This document shows positions 29,433 to 40,156 of a stretch of 64,000 bases of DNA, piece after piece. Source of the DNA: Candidatus Omnitrophota bacterium. GTDB lineage: Bacteria; Omnitrophota; Gorgyraeia; B26-G9. The DNA lies in contig JBDRPX010000038.1 in assembly GCA_043826565.1 (NCBI GenBank), positions 70,334 through 134,333 on the forward strand, written 5' to 3'. The notes beneath the pieces were generated by a model that was not told the origin of the DNA, made no database searches, and saw only the letters and a list, made by a program, of their open reading frames with translations. Each line of letters begins with the position of its first letter. Within the stretch, counting starts at the first letter, position 1. The position numbers were made by a program, and so were the translations under genes.

Positions 29433-30782
29433 ATGTTTTCAAAAATTTTAATAGCAAATCGCGGGGAAATCGCCTTACGTATTATCAGAGCTTGTAAGGA
29501 GATGGGTATAAGAACTGTCGCGGTATTTTCTGAAGCTGATGCTACTTCAATGCATGTACAGTTTGCTGATGAAGCTGTTTGCATTGGTCCTGCTTCTGGG
29601 GCAGCAAGTTATCTGAATATCGCGGCCATTATGAGCGCCGCAGAAATTACTGATGTTGAAGCTATTCATCCCGGATATGGCTTTCTCGCGGAAAATGCTC
29701 ATTTTGCGGAAATATGCGAATCTTGCCATATTGCTTTCATTGGACCGACCCCGGAAAACATTAGGTTGCTCGGGGATAAAATGGCCGCTAAAGAGACGAT
29801 GCGGAAGGCTGGTGTCCCGATAATTCCCGGGTCTGATGACATAATAAACAAAAAGGAAGACGCAATCAAGATTGCCAAAAAGATAAAATACCCGATAATA
29901 ATCAAAGCTTCCAGCGGCGGCGGCGGAAAAGGGATGAGAGTGGCTCATAACGACGTTAGACTGGTAAGTTCAATTTTAACTGCTCAGTCGGAAGCAGAAG
30001 CAAATTTTGGAAATCCTAATGTGTATCTGGAAAAATACTTTGAAAAACCCCGGCATGTGGAAATCCAAATAATGGCTGATAAATATAATCATGTGTTGCA
30101 CTATGGTGAACGTGACTGCACTGTTCAGAGAAGACATCAAAAACTTATTGAAGAAACACCGTGTCCGGTTATTGATGCGAAAACTAGACGAAAAATGTGC
30201 GAGGCTGCGGTAAGAGTTGCTAAGGCGGTTAATTACGTTAATGCCGGAACCATTGAATTCCTTTTAGATACTGACGGAAAGTTTTATTTTATGGAAATGA
30301 ACACGAGAATTCAGGTAGAACATCCGGTATCTGAGATGGTAACAGGAATAGACTTGATCCAAGAGCAGATAAGAGTGGCTGCTGGGGAACGCCTTAAAGA
30401 ATCTCAGGATGAAATTAAAATGCAGGGAGTTGCTATTGAGTGCCGGATCAATGCTGAAGACCCGGACAATAATTTCATGCCGTCTCCGGGAGTAATTGAA
30501 ACTCTTCATTTCCCGGGGGGACGAGGTGTTCGCGTAGATTCACATGTTTTTACCGGATATAAGATTTCGCCCTATTATGATTCAATGATTGCGAAACTGA
30601 TTGTGCATGGTAAAGATAGAAAAGAAGCAATTAAAATAATGCAGAGGGCTTTAGATGAATTTGTTATCGGCCCGATTAAAACAACAATACCGTTTCATAA
30701 ACAAGTTTTTAATAATCCTCAATTTCTCCGCGGTAAATATTATACAAATTTCGTTGATGGTCTCTTAGCTAAAAAAACTTAA
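29433..30782 (+). CDS. accC: Biotin carboxylase
   Basis: [36 protein letters not shown]. Confidence 0.97.
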   Translation: MFSKILIANRGEIALRIIRACKEMGIRTVAVFSEADATSMHVQFADEAVCIGPASGAASYLNIAAIMSAAEITDVEAIHPGYGFLAENAHFAEICESCHIAFIGPTPENIRLLGDKMAAKETMRKAGVPIIPGSDDIINKKEDAIKIAKKIKYPIIIKASSGGGGKGMRVAHNDVRLVSSILTAQSEAEANFGNPNVYLEKYFEKPRHVEIQIMADKYNHVLHYGERDCTVQRRHQKLIEETPCPVIDAKTRRKMCEAAVRVAKAVNYVNAGTIEFLLDTDGKFYFMEMNTRIQVEHPVSEMVTGIDLIQEQIRVAAGERLKESQDEIKMQGVAIECRINAEDPDNNFMPSPGVIETLHFPGGRGVRVDSHVFTGYKISPYYDSMIAKLIVHGKDRKEAIKIMQRALDEFVIGPIKTTIPFHKQVFNNPQFLRGKYYTNFVDGLLAKKT

Positions 30783-30794
30783 AAAGGAGGCATC

Positions 30795-31160
30795 GTGTCA
30801 AATAAAGAAAAAAAGACAGATTTGGGCATACTTAAAATAAATAATGAAGTAATTGCTTCTATCGCAAAGAATGCTGCCTTAGAGGTAGATGGAGTATGCG
30901 GAGTTAAAGCCGGCCCTCTGTCCATAATTTTGGATTTTTTCAATAAAGGGTATAATAATAAAGGAATTTCTTTGGAAATAACTGAACGTGATGTAAAAGT
31001 CGGGATAACAATTATTGTTAGTTATGGGATTAGTATCCCGGATGTAGCCAGTTTAGTTCAAGAAAATATACGTACTGCTATTGAAGAAATGACCGGGCTG
31101 ATGGTTTCCGAAGTAAACGTTAGTATCGGAGATCTGCACTCTAAAATAATCGAAGCTTAA
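30795..31160 (+). CDS. Asp23/Gls24 family envelope stress protein
   Basis: G.LKI..EVIASIA..AALEVDGV, YG.SIP, EMTGL.V.EVNV. Confidence 0.9.
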   Translation: MSNKEKKTDLGILKINNEVIASIAKNAALEVDGVCGVKAGPLSIILDFFNKGYNNKGISLEITERDVKVGITIIVSYGISIPDVASLVQENIRTAIEEMTGLMVSEVNVSIGDLHSKIIEA

Positions 31161-31175
31161 CAAAAGGGGGGAAGT

Positions 31176-31757
31176 ATGCGAACTTTTAATAAAATCATTG
31201 TTTTCTTCTACACTTTAATTTTTTCACTTATCGGCACATGCTTTATTTTTATTGCTTTCCATCTGGCGGGAAAAATTGATTTAACTACAATTTTTGAATA
31301 TGTTCAGGGATATCCGAACCTGCATGTGTTGATGCTTTTAAGCGGGCTATTGTTAATCCTGGTGAGCCTATCTCTAGCAAGTTTGTCATATAAAAAATTT
31401 CAAGAAGAAAAAACAATTGGGTACGCGGCTAATGGCGGGCAGGTAATTATTTCTTTAAGTGCAATTGAGGACTTTATCCGTCGTATTTCACAGCAATTAG
31501 TAGAGGTAAAAGAACTGCGTTCTGAAGTTTTTGTCAGCAGAAAAGGTATTGAGATTGAAAGCCGGGTGATTTTGTGGTCAACCCCGAACATACCGAGTAT
31601 TACCGAAACAATTCAGCAAAGTATAAAGGGGCAAGTTCAGGAACTTCTTTCCGGAATTGACAAACCGGTCATGGTAAACGTTCACGTTGTGAAAATAATG
31701 CAAAAAGTATCTGAAAAAGAAAATAAAGATAAACCGGAAATACCATTTTTGAGATAA
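31176..31757 (+). CDS. amaP: Alkaline shock response membrane anchor (AmaP-like)
   Basis: Two N-terminal TM segments, GQVIISLSAIED, adjacency to asp23. Confidence 0.75.
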   Translation: MRTFNKIIVFFYTLIFSLIGTCFIFIAFHLAGKIDLTTIFEYVQGYPNLHVLMLLSGLLLILVSLSLASLSYKKFQEEKTIGYAANGGQVIISLSAIEDFIRRISQQLVEVKELRSEVFVSRKGIEIESRVILWSTPNIPSITETIQQSIKGQVQELLSGIDKPVMVNVHVVKIMQKVSEKENKDKPEIPFLR

Positions 31758-31761
31758 TCGC

Positions 31762-32334
31762 ATGAAAAACAAAATAATAGCTAGAATAAATGATTCAATT
31801 AGCGTAAAACAATCCTTGGCCGCCGACCAAGAGCAGTTACAGCAGATAGAAGCAGCGGTAACTGCAATAATTAAGACATACAAAAAAAATGGGAAAATCT
31901 TGATTTTTGGTAATGGCGGAAGCGCTGCCGATAGCCAGCATTTTGCCGCTGAATTTGTCGGTAGATTCTTAAAAGAACGCCGTGCTTTACCAGCCATTGC
32001 TTTAACGGCTAATTCCTCAACCTTAACAGCTCTAGCTAATGATTACACCTATGAATATGTCTTTGAGCGGCAAATTGAAGCTTTTGGTCAAAAGGGGGAT
32101 ATCGCGATAGGCATTTCCACTAGCGGCGGGGCAAAAAATGTTATCGCCGGGCTTAAACAAGCTAAAAAGATGGGGTTGATCTGTATCGGATTAACTGGAC
32201 AAAAAGGGGTAAATTTAAAAGAGCATACTGATATTTGCCTGTTTGCGCCATCCAAAGAAACTCCTCGAATTCAGGAAGCACATATAGTAATTATCCACAT
32301 AATATGTGACCTAGTTGAGGAAGCACTGGCATGA
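31762..32334 (+). CDS. gmhA: Sedoheptulose-7-phosphate isomerase
   Basis: GNGGSAADSQHFAAE, ANDY, ISTSG, TPRIQEAH. Confidence 0.96.
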   Translation: MKNKIIARINDSISVKQSLAADQEQLQQIEAAVTAIIKTYKKNGKILIFGNGGSAADSQHFAAEFVGRFLKERRALPAIALTANSSTLTALANDYTYEYVFERQIEAFGQKGDIAIGISTSGGAKNVIAGLKQAKKMGLICIGLTGQKGVNLKEHTDICLFAPSKETPRIQEAHIVIIHIICDLVEEALA

Positions 32335-32819
32335 TATTTAAAAAAAAAATCAAAAGTCTGAATAGTCTGGAACAGGTCATTGCTGTTTTAAAGAAAAATG
32401 GCAAAAAAATTGTTTTTACAAACGGTTGTTTTGATCTTATTCATTACGGGCATGTTACATATTTAGAGCAGGCTAAAAAACAAGGTGATGTACTGGTAGT
32501 TGGCTTAAATAGTGATGCATCAGTAAGAAAACTAAAAGGCAAAACAAGGCCGGTAGTTTGTGAAAAAGAACGCGCTGGGGTATTAGCATCTTTGCAAAGT
32601 GTCGATTATGTTGTAATTTTTGGCCAGGACACGCCACTAAAAGTAATAAAAAAGCTTAATCCCGATGTCTTAATTAAGGGGTCTGACTGGAAAAATGAAA
32701 ATATTGTCGGGGCAGATCATTTAGCCAGCTATGGCGGTAAGGTAAAACGCGCCCGCTTTATAGAGGGGTGTTCAACTACACAACTCCTAAAAAAAATTGT
32801 CAAAACAAAATATTTATAA
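32331..32819 (+). CDS. rfaE2: D-glycero-beta-D-manno-heptose 1-phosphate adenylyltransferase
   Basis: FTNGCFDLIHYGH, GLNSDASV..LKG..RP, KGSDW. Confidence 0.93.
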   Translation: MIFKKKIKSLNSLEQVIAVLKKNGKKIVFTNGCFDLIHYGHVTYLEQAKKQGDVLVVGLNSDASVRKLKGKTRPVVCEKERAGVLASLQSVDYVVIFGQDTPLKVIKKLNPDVLIKGSDWKNENIVGADHLASYGGKVKRARFIEGCSTTQLLKKIVKTKYL

Positions 32820-33246
32820 TAAAACCCTATTAAGGCTTATTGACGCGAACTCTAATCGGTTAAAGGAAGGATTGAGGGTTCTTGAAGATATTGTTCGCTT
32901 TCTGCTGAATGATAAAAAGCTCACGCGAGAACTTAAAAGTATCCGTCATGAGTTTACTGAATGTTTGAAACACAGCACATCAGCTCAGGCAGTAGCTTTA
33001 TTAAAAGAGCGAAAAATTGAGAAGGATGTCGGAAAAGGATCCATAAAAACTGAAATGCTCAGATGTACGGTACTGGATATTTTTCTCGCTAATGCGCAAA
33101 GAGTGAAAGAATCAATCCGTGTTTTAGAAGAGTTTTTTAAACTTATCGATAAGAAAAATGCCAAGAAATTAAAAGCATTGCGTTATAAAGTATATTATCT
33201 GGAGAAGTGTTCAGTTGAAAAACTTATCGATATATGCAATAGTTGA
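32797..33246 (+). CDS. Stand-alone ThiD2-like domain (homologous to the N-terminal domain of long ThiE)
   Basis: RLIDANSNRLKEGLRVLED..RF, AN.QRVKESIRVLEE, LRYKVY.LEK. Confidence 0.85.
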   Translation: MSKQNIYNKTLLRLIDANSNRLKEGLRVLEDIVRFLLNDKKLTRELKSIRHEFTECLKHSTSAQAVALLKERKIEKDVGKGSIKTEMLRCTVLDIFLANAQRVKESIRVLEEFFKLIDKKNAKKLKALRYKVYYLEKCSVEKLIDICNS

Positions 33247-33847
33247 CAAGGATTATATTGGAAGCAATCAGCGGGTAATTAAAATAACTCGGCAGCTGAT
33301 TAATGCGGGAATAGATATCATCCAGTTACGGGCAAAAACAGCAACTGGACGGGAGTTTGTCAGAATAGCTGAATCTATTAAAAAACTATGTATTGCCGGT
33401 CATGTACCACTAATTATTAATGATCGTGTAGATGTGGCAATGATAATTAATGCTGACGGGGTGCACTTAGGTCAGGATGATGTTCCGGTTGGTTCAATAA
33501 GGAAGATATTTAAAAATAAAATTATCGGGAAATCTACGCACACTCTTAAACAGGCGATTACAGCTGAAAGAGAGGGTGTTGACTATATAGGAGTTGGACC
33601 GGTTTTTAAAACGCAGTTAAAGCCCCAAGCAAAGGCGGTAGGCCTTAATCTTATATCAAAAGTAGATCAACAGATCAAAATTCCTTATTTTGTAATAGGC
33701 GGAATAAACTTAAAAACATTAAAATGTGCAGTTGATGCCGGAGCAAACCGATGTGCCATTTGCCGCGGCTTAATAAACACTAAAAACAAAAAAAGTGATA
33801 TCGCACAACTTCGAAGGATTTTATCTAAAAATGAAAACATTAATTGA
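33215..33847 (+). CDS. thiE: Thiamine-phosphate synthase
   Basis: IQLRAK, INDRVDVA, GVHLGQDD, STH, GPVFKT, IGGI. Confidence 0.93.
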   Translation: MKNLSIYAIVDKDYIGSNQRVIKITRQLINAGIDIIQLRAKTATGREFVRIAESIKKLCIAGHVPLIINDRVDVAMIINADGVHLGQDDVPVGSIRKIFKNKIIGKSTHTLKQAITAEREGVDYIGVGPVFKTQLKPQAKAVGLNLISKVDQQIKIPYFVIGGINLKTLKCAVDAGANRCAICRGLINTKNKKSDIAQLRRILSKNENIN

Positions 33848-35120
33848 ATCAGCACGCGCAGAAAAGATCATCCCTTTAATTAAAACAGTAGCTAAAAAGG
33901 AAAAAATCGATCCGAATAAATTAGCAAGATTAATCGCGCAAGGCAAAGTAGTTATTCCGGCAAATTCCACACGCTATGTGAAAACTCCTTGTGGTATTGG
34001 AAAATCCTTGCTTGTAAAAATCAATGCTAATCTGGGGACTTCTCCCGACAAATCAAATAATAAGGATGAATTAAAAAAACTAAAAACCGCGATTCATTTT
34101 GGCGCGGATACGGTAATGGACCTTAGTGTCGGGAAAGATATTGTTAAAACTCAGAAGTTGTTAATAAAACACTCCACGGTTCCCTTGGGAACAGTTCCTA
34201 TTTATGAAGCTGTTGTGAATGCCGAAAAAAGAAGAGGTTCTTTTTTTAAAATGACTAAAGATGATATTATGGATGTTTTAATATCTCAGGCTAAAAACGG
34301 AGTTGATTTTTTTACTATTCATAGTGGAATCACGAAAAAAACTTTACTAATTCTTAAAAAAAATCCCCGCTTAATGGGAATTGTAAGCCGGGGAGGAGCA
34401 TTGTTAGCTAGTTGGATATCTAAAAATAATAAAGAAAATCCTTTATTCGAATATTTTGATGATGTTTTAGATCTCGCTAAGCGTTATGACATTACGCTTA
34501 GCTTGGGAGACGGATTGCGCCCCGGGACGATTAATGATGCTACGGATATAGCTCAGATAGCGGAATTAAAATTGCTGGGTAATTTGGCACAGAAAGCGTT
34601 AAAAGCTGGTGTGCAGGTTATGATTGAAGGCCCCGGACATGTCCCTTTAAATCAGATTAAGAAAAATATTGAGTTACAAAAACGTTACTGTCATGAAGCC
34701 CCGTTTTATGTTTTAGGCCCGTTGGTAACTGATATTGCGATGGGGTATGATCATATTAGCGCGGCTATCGGATCAAGCCTGGCGGCTGCTTACGGCGCTG
34801 ATTTTTTGTGTTTTGTAACTCCTGCGGAGCATGTAAAGTTACCGGATTTAGAAGATATAAAATTAGGCGTGATTGCAAGTCGAATTGCCGCACATAGCGG
34901 TGATTTAGCCAGAGGGAATAGTATCGCCTGGGAAAAAGATAAGCAGATGAGTCTTGCCCGGAAAAAAAGAGACTGGGCAAAGCAAATAAGCTTATCTTTA
35001 GATCCCCATAAAATCAGGGTTGAACGTGCTAAATCTAAGGCTAAAATGAAGGATGTATGCACTATGTGCGGCTCATTCTGTTCGATGAAACTTATGGAAG
35101 AAAATTCAAAGCGGGCGTAG
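33831..35120 (+). CDS. thiC: Phosphomethylpyrimidine synthase
   Basis: KINANLGTS, DTVMDLS, IVSRGG, SLGDGLRPG, EGPGH, CTMCGSFC; start at ATG 33831. Confidence 0.96.
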   Translation: MKTLIESARAEKIIPLIKTVAKKEKIDPNKLARLIAQGKVVIPANSTRYVKTPCGIGKSLLVKINANLGTSPDKSNNKDELKKLKTAIHFGADTVMDLSVGKDIVKTQKLLIKHSTVPLGTVPIYEAVVNAEKRRGSFFKMTKDDIMDVLISQAKNGVDFFTIHSGITKKTLLILKKNPRLMGIVSRGGALLASWISKNNKENPLFEYFDDVLDLAKRYDITLSLGDGLRPGTINDATDIAQIAELKLLGNLAQKALKAGVQVMIEGPGHVPLNQIKKNIELQKRYCHEAPFYVLGPLVTDIAMGYDHISAAIGSSLAAAYGADFLCFVTPAEHVKLPDLEDIKLGVIASRIAAHSGDLARGNSIAWEKDKQMSLARKKRDWAKQISLSLDPHKIRVERAKSKAKMKDVCTMCGSFCSMKLMEENSKRA

Positions 35121-35184
35121 TTCAGTGGTAGAACATCAGCTTCCCAAGCTGAATATGAGGGTTCGATTCCCTTCGCCCGCTCCA
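35111..35184 (+). tRNA. tRNA-Gly (anticodon CCC)
   Basis: Acceptor GCGGGCG/CGCCCGC, anticodon arm TCAGC-TTCCCAA-GCTGA, GGTTCGATTCC, TCCA end. Confidence 0.96.
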
Positions 35185-35202
35185 GTTTAGATTACGGTAG
35201 AG

Positions 35203-35967
35203 ATGAATACAAAAAAATTTTTGCTTCAATCGATATGTAAATCTCTCAAGGAAGAACAAGCACGAGTTAAGGATAAGGACGATAGATACGCAGGATATAT
35301 TCTGATTTCTATTGTCTTTTGTATTTTCATTTCCGGATGTGGTGCCCATAGACATACAGAGGATATGCTTACGCCTAAGGTTTTTGTGGAAACCAACTCA
35401 TCCGGGATTTATCATACTCTCAAGAGAGGCGAAACCTTATGGAAAATAAGCCGGCTCTATGCCGTTGACTTATCTAGACTTGTAGAGTTTAATAATATTC
35501 CTGATGCAACAAAAGTAAGGACCGGACAAAAAATATTTATCCCTGATTCATTGCGATTATTCTCAACAGGAGAGGGTGAACATACTGTGTTTAAGGGTGA
35601 CTTCTTATGGCCTTGCCAGGGAGCAGTCACAGTATTCTTTAACCAGGATAAACAGTATGTGAAAAATTGCGGTTTAGATATAAAAACAGCGGAAAAAGCT
35701 CCCATAATTGCCGCAGCACATGGTAAAGTTATTTTTACTTCTGAAAATATGCGCGGCTATGGAAAAACGATTATTGTTGATCATAGCCATAGTTTTTACA
35801 CGATATATTCTTCTAATAAAAAAAACTTGGTAAGAACAGGGGATTACGTCTCGCAAGGGCAAGTTATTGCCCTTGCCGGAACAACGGGAAGGGCAGCGGA
35901 GAGTATTTTGCATTTTGAGGTAAGGGAAAAAAACAAGGCTAAAAACCCGTTACATTATTTACCTTAA
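35203..35967 (+). CDS. LysM plus degenerate M23 lipoprotein (NlpD-like)
   Basis: Lipobox ISGC; HTLKRGETLWKIS; FLWP, NCGLD lacking the Zn-ligand His, LHFEVR; start uncertain. Confidence 0.85.
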   Translation: MNTKKFLLQSICKSLKEEQARVKDKDDRYAGYILISIVFCIFISGCGAHRHTEDMLTPKVFVETNSSGIYHTLKRGETLWKISRLYAVDLSRLVEFNNIPDATKVRTGQKIFIPDSLRLFSTGEGEHTVFKGDFLWPCQGAVTVFFNQDKQYVKNCGLDIKTAEKAPIIAAAHGKVIFTSENMRGYGKTIIVDHSHSFYTIYSSNKKNLVRTGDYVSQGQVIALAGTTGRAAESILHFEVREKNKAKNPLHYLP

Positions 35968-35992
35968 GTAACTTAATCTCACAAGGATTGAT

Positions 35993-37615
35993 ATGGTTTT
36001 TCAAAGCGCGTTAAAAACTGAATTTTTTGCACGACAGGATGTCCTGGATCTTCTGCAGAAAAGGATTGAAGCTTCCCAGAAAAGATATCGTCAGAATATT
36101 TCTATTTTAGGTTATCAAAGTTTGGGTAAAACTTCATTAATACTTGAGTTGCTGCGCCGGACGAAAAGCCCGGATATTATTCCTATCTATATAGAAATAA
36201 AACCAAAGTCAATTAAAGATTTAGCTAAGAATTTTATCGGAGTATTGTTATACCAATATTTAAGTATTGATAATCAGGTTTTAGAAGAAGATTTTGAATA
36301 TTTAGTAAAAACAAGCAAGCAAAAAATTCCCCGGACAATTAATCATATAAATCAAATAAGAAAGCTTCTGAAAGACAATAAATCTAACGATGAGGTTTAT
36401 GGAATGCTTTTAGACTTATCCCAGGTACTCTATGAGGAAACACAGAAAACAATTTTGGTAATTCTCGATGAGTTCCATAACATTGAATATCTGGGGTTGC
36501 GTAATCCCTTTCTTGAATTAAGCAATAAAATAATGGTACAGAAACATACAATGTATATATTAATTAGTTCTGCTGTACATGCGGCACAGGAGCTTTTAGC
36601 AGAAAAACTGAGTCTTCTCTTCGGAAATTTTGAGACCATAACTTTACAGCCGTTTAATGCGGTTACGGCAAAACAGTTTATAGATAGAAAAATTCGGAAT
36701 ATTTATATGGCCGAGGATCTCAAGAATTTCCTTATTCAGTTTACCGGAGGGTATCCATTTTATTTAGATGTAATAACAGAGCAGTTAAAAACTTCATGTT
36801 TGGAGAGTAAATCTGAAAGTATTACTGAAGAAATTCTGCTTTCGAGCCTGGCGGAAACAATGTTTAATGACCATGGAATATTAAATCAGTTTTTTAATAA
36901 CAAATTTTATCGTTTTCTGAACAATAGTAATATGACTGTTTTTGCCTCGATTCTTTTAGCGATCGCGAAAGGACATAAGAAACCTTCTCAGATGGGAAGT
37001 TATCTTAATCGAAAAACGCCGGATATAAATAGATATCTTAACAAACTTCTCCAAATGGATATTATCAGTAAAAAAGGAATATTCAACCATATTAATGATA
37101 CACTTTTTGAAAATTGGTTAAAATTTGTACTTCAGAGAAAACAAAATTCATTTGATATTGATATGCAATTGGCAACTCAAAAGTTTAAGGATGATATAAA
37201 ACAAAATGTTGATAACTTTATGAATGAATCCCGGAAAGATATCACCCTGAGATTAAAAGAAGCCTTTGAATGCTTTGAAAATGATATAGTGGAATTAGAT
37301 AAAAAAAGGTTTATGTTGACACGGTTCGATGAAATAGTTATAAAAGATAGTAAGAGCATTAGAGTAGTTAATGCTCGACGCTCTAATAAATACTGGCGCT
37401 GTTATATAGAAAGCGACTATATTGATGAGTTGAAAATTAATGATTTATTAAAAGATGTAACGGCAAGGGATTGCATTAAAAAAATACTAATTGCGCTCGA
37501 CGGTATTGATGTAAATGCCCGCCTAAAAGCTTTAGAAGCTCGTCTTTGGATTTGGGATCTGGAAGTGCTCAATCAATTGTTATCACTATTTGAAAAACCA
37601 AGGTTTATAAAATGA
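35993..37615 (+). CDS. Archaeal-type AAA ATPase with winged-helix and C-terminal domain
   Basis: FFAR..., Walker A GYQSLGKT, Walker B VILDEF, TGGYPFYL. Confidence 0.8.
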   Translation: MVFQSALKTEFFARQDVLDLLQKRIEASQKRYRQNISILGYQSLGKTSLILELLRRTKSPDIIPIYIEIKPKSIKDLAKNFIGVLLYQYLSIDNQVLEEDFEYLVKTSKQKIPRTINHINQIRKLLKDNKSNDEVYGMLLDLSQVLYEETQKTILVILDEFHNIEYLGLRNPFLELSNKIMVQKHTMYILISSAVHAAQELLAEKLSLLFGNFETITLQPFNAVTAKQFIDRKIRNIYMAEDLKNFLIQFTGGYPFYLDVITEQLKTSCLESKSESITEEILLSSLAETMFNDHGILNQFFNNKFYRFLNNSNMTVFASILLAIAKGHKKPSQMGSYLNRKTPDINRYLNKLLQMDIISKKGIFNHINDTLFENWLKFVLQRKQNSFDIDMQLATQKFKDDIKQNVDNFMNESRKDITLRLKEAFECFENDIVELDKKRFMLTRFDEIVIKDSKSIRVVNARRSNKYWRCYIESDYIDELKINDLLKDVTARDCIKKILIALDGIDVNARLKALEARLWIWDLEVLNQLLSLFEKPRFIK

Positions 37616-38094
37616 AAATCGGTGTTATTTCAGACACACATATTCCCATGGCTTGTGATTATTTACCGGAATCAGTGGGAGAGGCTTTTAAGGATGTTGA
37701 TATGATTTTGCATGCTGGTGATATTGTAACTATGAAGGTTATCGATCAGCTTAAGCAGATTAATAGTAATATCGAAGTAGTTAGCGGAAACATGGATGCG
37801 CCCGACGTACAAGCCCGCTTTCCGGATAAAAAAATTATTACCGCCGGAAAGTTTAAAATTGGCTTGATCCATGGATGGGGAGATCCAGCGACACTTCCGG
37901 AACGGGTATTAGACGAGTTCAAAAAAGTGGATATAATTGTTTTTGGGCATTCGCATATTCCCTATAACAAAGAGAAAAAAGGTGTTTTACTCTTTAATCC
38001 CGGAAGCCCCACGGATATGATCCATGCACCTTACAATTCTGTTGGAATTTTAGAGTTGGCTAACTCTAAAAAAGGTACTATAATAAGAATTTAA
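37612..38094 (+). CDS. YfcE/MJ0936-family metallophosphoesterase
   Basis: ISDTH, HAGD, GNMD, GHSH, NPGSP. Confidence 0.93.
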   Translation: MKIGVISDTHIPMACDYLPESVGEAFKDVDMILHAGDIVTMKVIDQLKQINSNIEVVSGNMDAPDVQARFPDKKIITAGKFKIGLIHGWGDPATLPERVLDEFKKVDIIVFGHSHIPYNKEKKGVLLFNPGSPTDMIHAPYNSVGILELANSKKGTIIRI

Positions 38095-38152
38095 GCTCTT
38101 GCTGCGATTACTATTCGGGTTAACTACAGTTAAATGAATTCAAGGAAAAATC

Positions 38153-38620
38153 ATGAATAAATTGTGGGCTCCATGGCGAATTAAATATATTCAAGGGAAA
38201 AAAACTAAAAGTTGTATTTTTTGCCAGAAACCAAAACAAAAAAAAGACAGTGAAAATTTCATTATAAAACGAAAAAAATATTCATATTCAATGCTGAATA
38301 CTTTTCCGTACAATAATGGCCATGTCATGGTAATCCCTTATCGGCACGTTGCTGAATTAGAAGATTTAAAGGCAGGAGAAATTAAGGAAGTAATGGAGCT
38401 GGTTAAAGAATCTATAAAAACTTTAAAGAAGTACTTAAAGCCGCAAGGCTTTAATATGGGGATTAACATGGGGAAGGTTGCCGGGGCCGGGATAGATAAG
38501 CACATACATGTCCACATTGTCCCACGCTGGAGTGGTGATACAAACTTTATGTCCACGGTATCGCAAACAAAAATAATTTCACAATCACTTCAAGAACTGT
38601 ATAGGCTGGTAAAATCATGA
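38153..38620 (+). CDS. HIT family hydrolase
   Basis: [32 protein letters not shown]. Confidence 0.93.
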   Translation: MNKLWAPWRIKYIQGKKTKSCIFCQKPKQKKDSENFIIKRKKYSYSMLNTFPYNNGHVMVIPYRHVAELEDLKAGEIKEVMELVKESIKTLKKYLKPQGFNMGINMGKVAGAGIDKHIHVHIVPRWSGDTNFMSTVSQTKIISQSLQELYRLVKS

Positions 38621-40155
38621 GAGAAAGAATTGTTATAATCGATTTTGGGTCACAGTATAGTCAGCTAATTGCCCGGAGGATAAGAGAGTATAATGTTTAT
38701 TGCGAAGTTTATCCCCCGAGTATTACGGCGGAAAAAATCCAAGATATGAACCCGCAGGGCATAATTTTTTCCGGCGGGCCGAAAAGCCTGACTCAGAAGC
38801 ACGCGCCGCGCTGTGATAAAAGAATATTTGACCTGGATATCCCGATTTTGGGCATTTGTTACGGAATGCAGTTAATTGCCCATCATTTCAAGGGAATAGT
38901 GGGGAAGTCCGCAGCTCGAGAGTATGGCCGCACAGAACTTTTTATAATTAATAATAACTCCATTTTCCATAAACTGGGTAAACATATGATAACCTGGATG
39001 AGCCATGAGGATAAAGTGAAAAAGCTTCCTAAAGACTTTATTTCTTTGGCACATACAAAAAATTCGCGGATTGCAAGTTTTGCACATAAAAACCGTAAAA
39101 TCTACGGAGTTCAGTTCCATCCGGAAGTTGTACATACACCTCGGGGAAAAGAGATTTTAAGAAATTTTATTTTTCGCGCTTGTGGCTGTCAGGGGTTATG
39201 GACTATGCAATCTTTTGTCAAGGAATCTGTTAAATTAATCCGGAAAACTGTAGGTCAAGATTCAGTTGTTCTGGGATTAAGCGGCGGTGTTGACTCATCT
39301 GTCGGCGCTGTTCTTCTCCATAAGGCCCTAGGCAAACGTTTACACTGTATTTTTGTTAATAATGGGGTGTTGCGTAGTGGCGAAGCTAATCAAGTGTGTC
39401 ATACTTTTAAAAAACACTATAATATGAATTTTCACTATGTTGACGCAGAGAATTTGTTTTTGAAGAAATTATCCGGGGTAACAGATCCCGAGAAGAAGCG
39501 TAAGATTATTGGCAAGCTTTTTATCCAAGTTTTTGACGCGCAAGCAAAAAAACTTAAAAACATAAAATTTCTTGCGCAGGGAACACTTTATCCTGATGTT
39601 ATTGAAAGTCAATCTGTTTTTGGCGGGCCTTCCGCAGTGATTAAAAGTCACCATAATGTCGGAGGGCTGCCTAAAAAAATGCGGTTAAAACTAGTTGAAC
39701 CGCTTCGTTTTCTATTTAAGGATGAAGTTCGATTACTCGGCGAAACACTCCGGATACCTGCTGAAATTATCCACCGCCACCCGTTTCCCGGACCTGGTTT
39801 AGCAATTAGGATACTTGGTGAGATAACAAAAACACGTTTGGACATACTTAAGCAGGCAGATAAAATATTCATTGATGAGATTAAGTCTGCCGGATGCTAT
39901 CGCCAAGTATGGCAGGCATTGAGTGTTTTACTACCGGTTAAAAGTGTTGGGGTTATGGGGGATGAACGGACATATGAAAATGTCGTTGCTTTACGGGCTG
40001 TTACGAGTGTGGACGGGATGACCGCTGATTGGGCAAAATTACCTATGGAACTTTTAGGAAAAATCTCTAATCGAATAATAAATGAGGTCAAAGGGGTTAA
40101 TCGGGTTGTTTATGATATAAGTTCAAAACCACCCGCTACTATAGAATGGGAATAG
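38617..40155 (+). CDS. guaA: GMP synthase (glutamine-hydrolysing)
   Basis: [36 protein letters not shown]. Confidence 0.98.
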   Translation: MRERIVIIDFGSQYSQLIARRIREYNVYCEVYPPSITAEKIQDMNPQGIIFSGGPKSLTQKHAPRCDKRIFDLDIPILGICYGMQLIAHHFKGIVGKSAAREYGRTELFIINNNSIFHKLGKHMITWMSHEDKVKKLPKDFISLAHTKNSRIASFAHKNRKIYGVQFHPEVVHTPRGKEILRNFIFRACGCQGLWTMQSFVKESVKLIRKTVGQDSVVLGLSGGVDSSVGAVLLHKALGKRLHCIFVNNGVLRSGEANQVCHTFKKHYNMNFHYVDAENLFLKKLSGVTDPEKKRKIIGKLFIQVFDAQAKKLKNIKFLAQGTLYPDVIESQSVFGGPSAVIKSHHNVGGLPKKMRLKLVEPLRFLFKDEVRLLGETLRIPAEIIHRHPFPGPGLAIRILGEITKTRLDILKQADKIFIDEIKSAGCYRQVWQALSVLLPVKSVGVMGDERTYENVVALRAVTSVDGMTADWAKLPMELLGKISNRIINEVKGVNRVVYDISSKPPATIEWE

Positions 40156-40156
40156 G

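Noticed and set aside
32700-33831. TPP riboswitch for thiE/thiC
   Set aside because: The genes overlap with no intergenic space and no TPP aptamer core was recognised.
20876-35184. Prophage or integrative element at either tRNA
   Set aside because: No integrase, phage genes or duplicated tRNA 3' end were seen.
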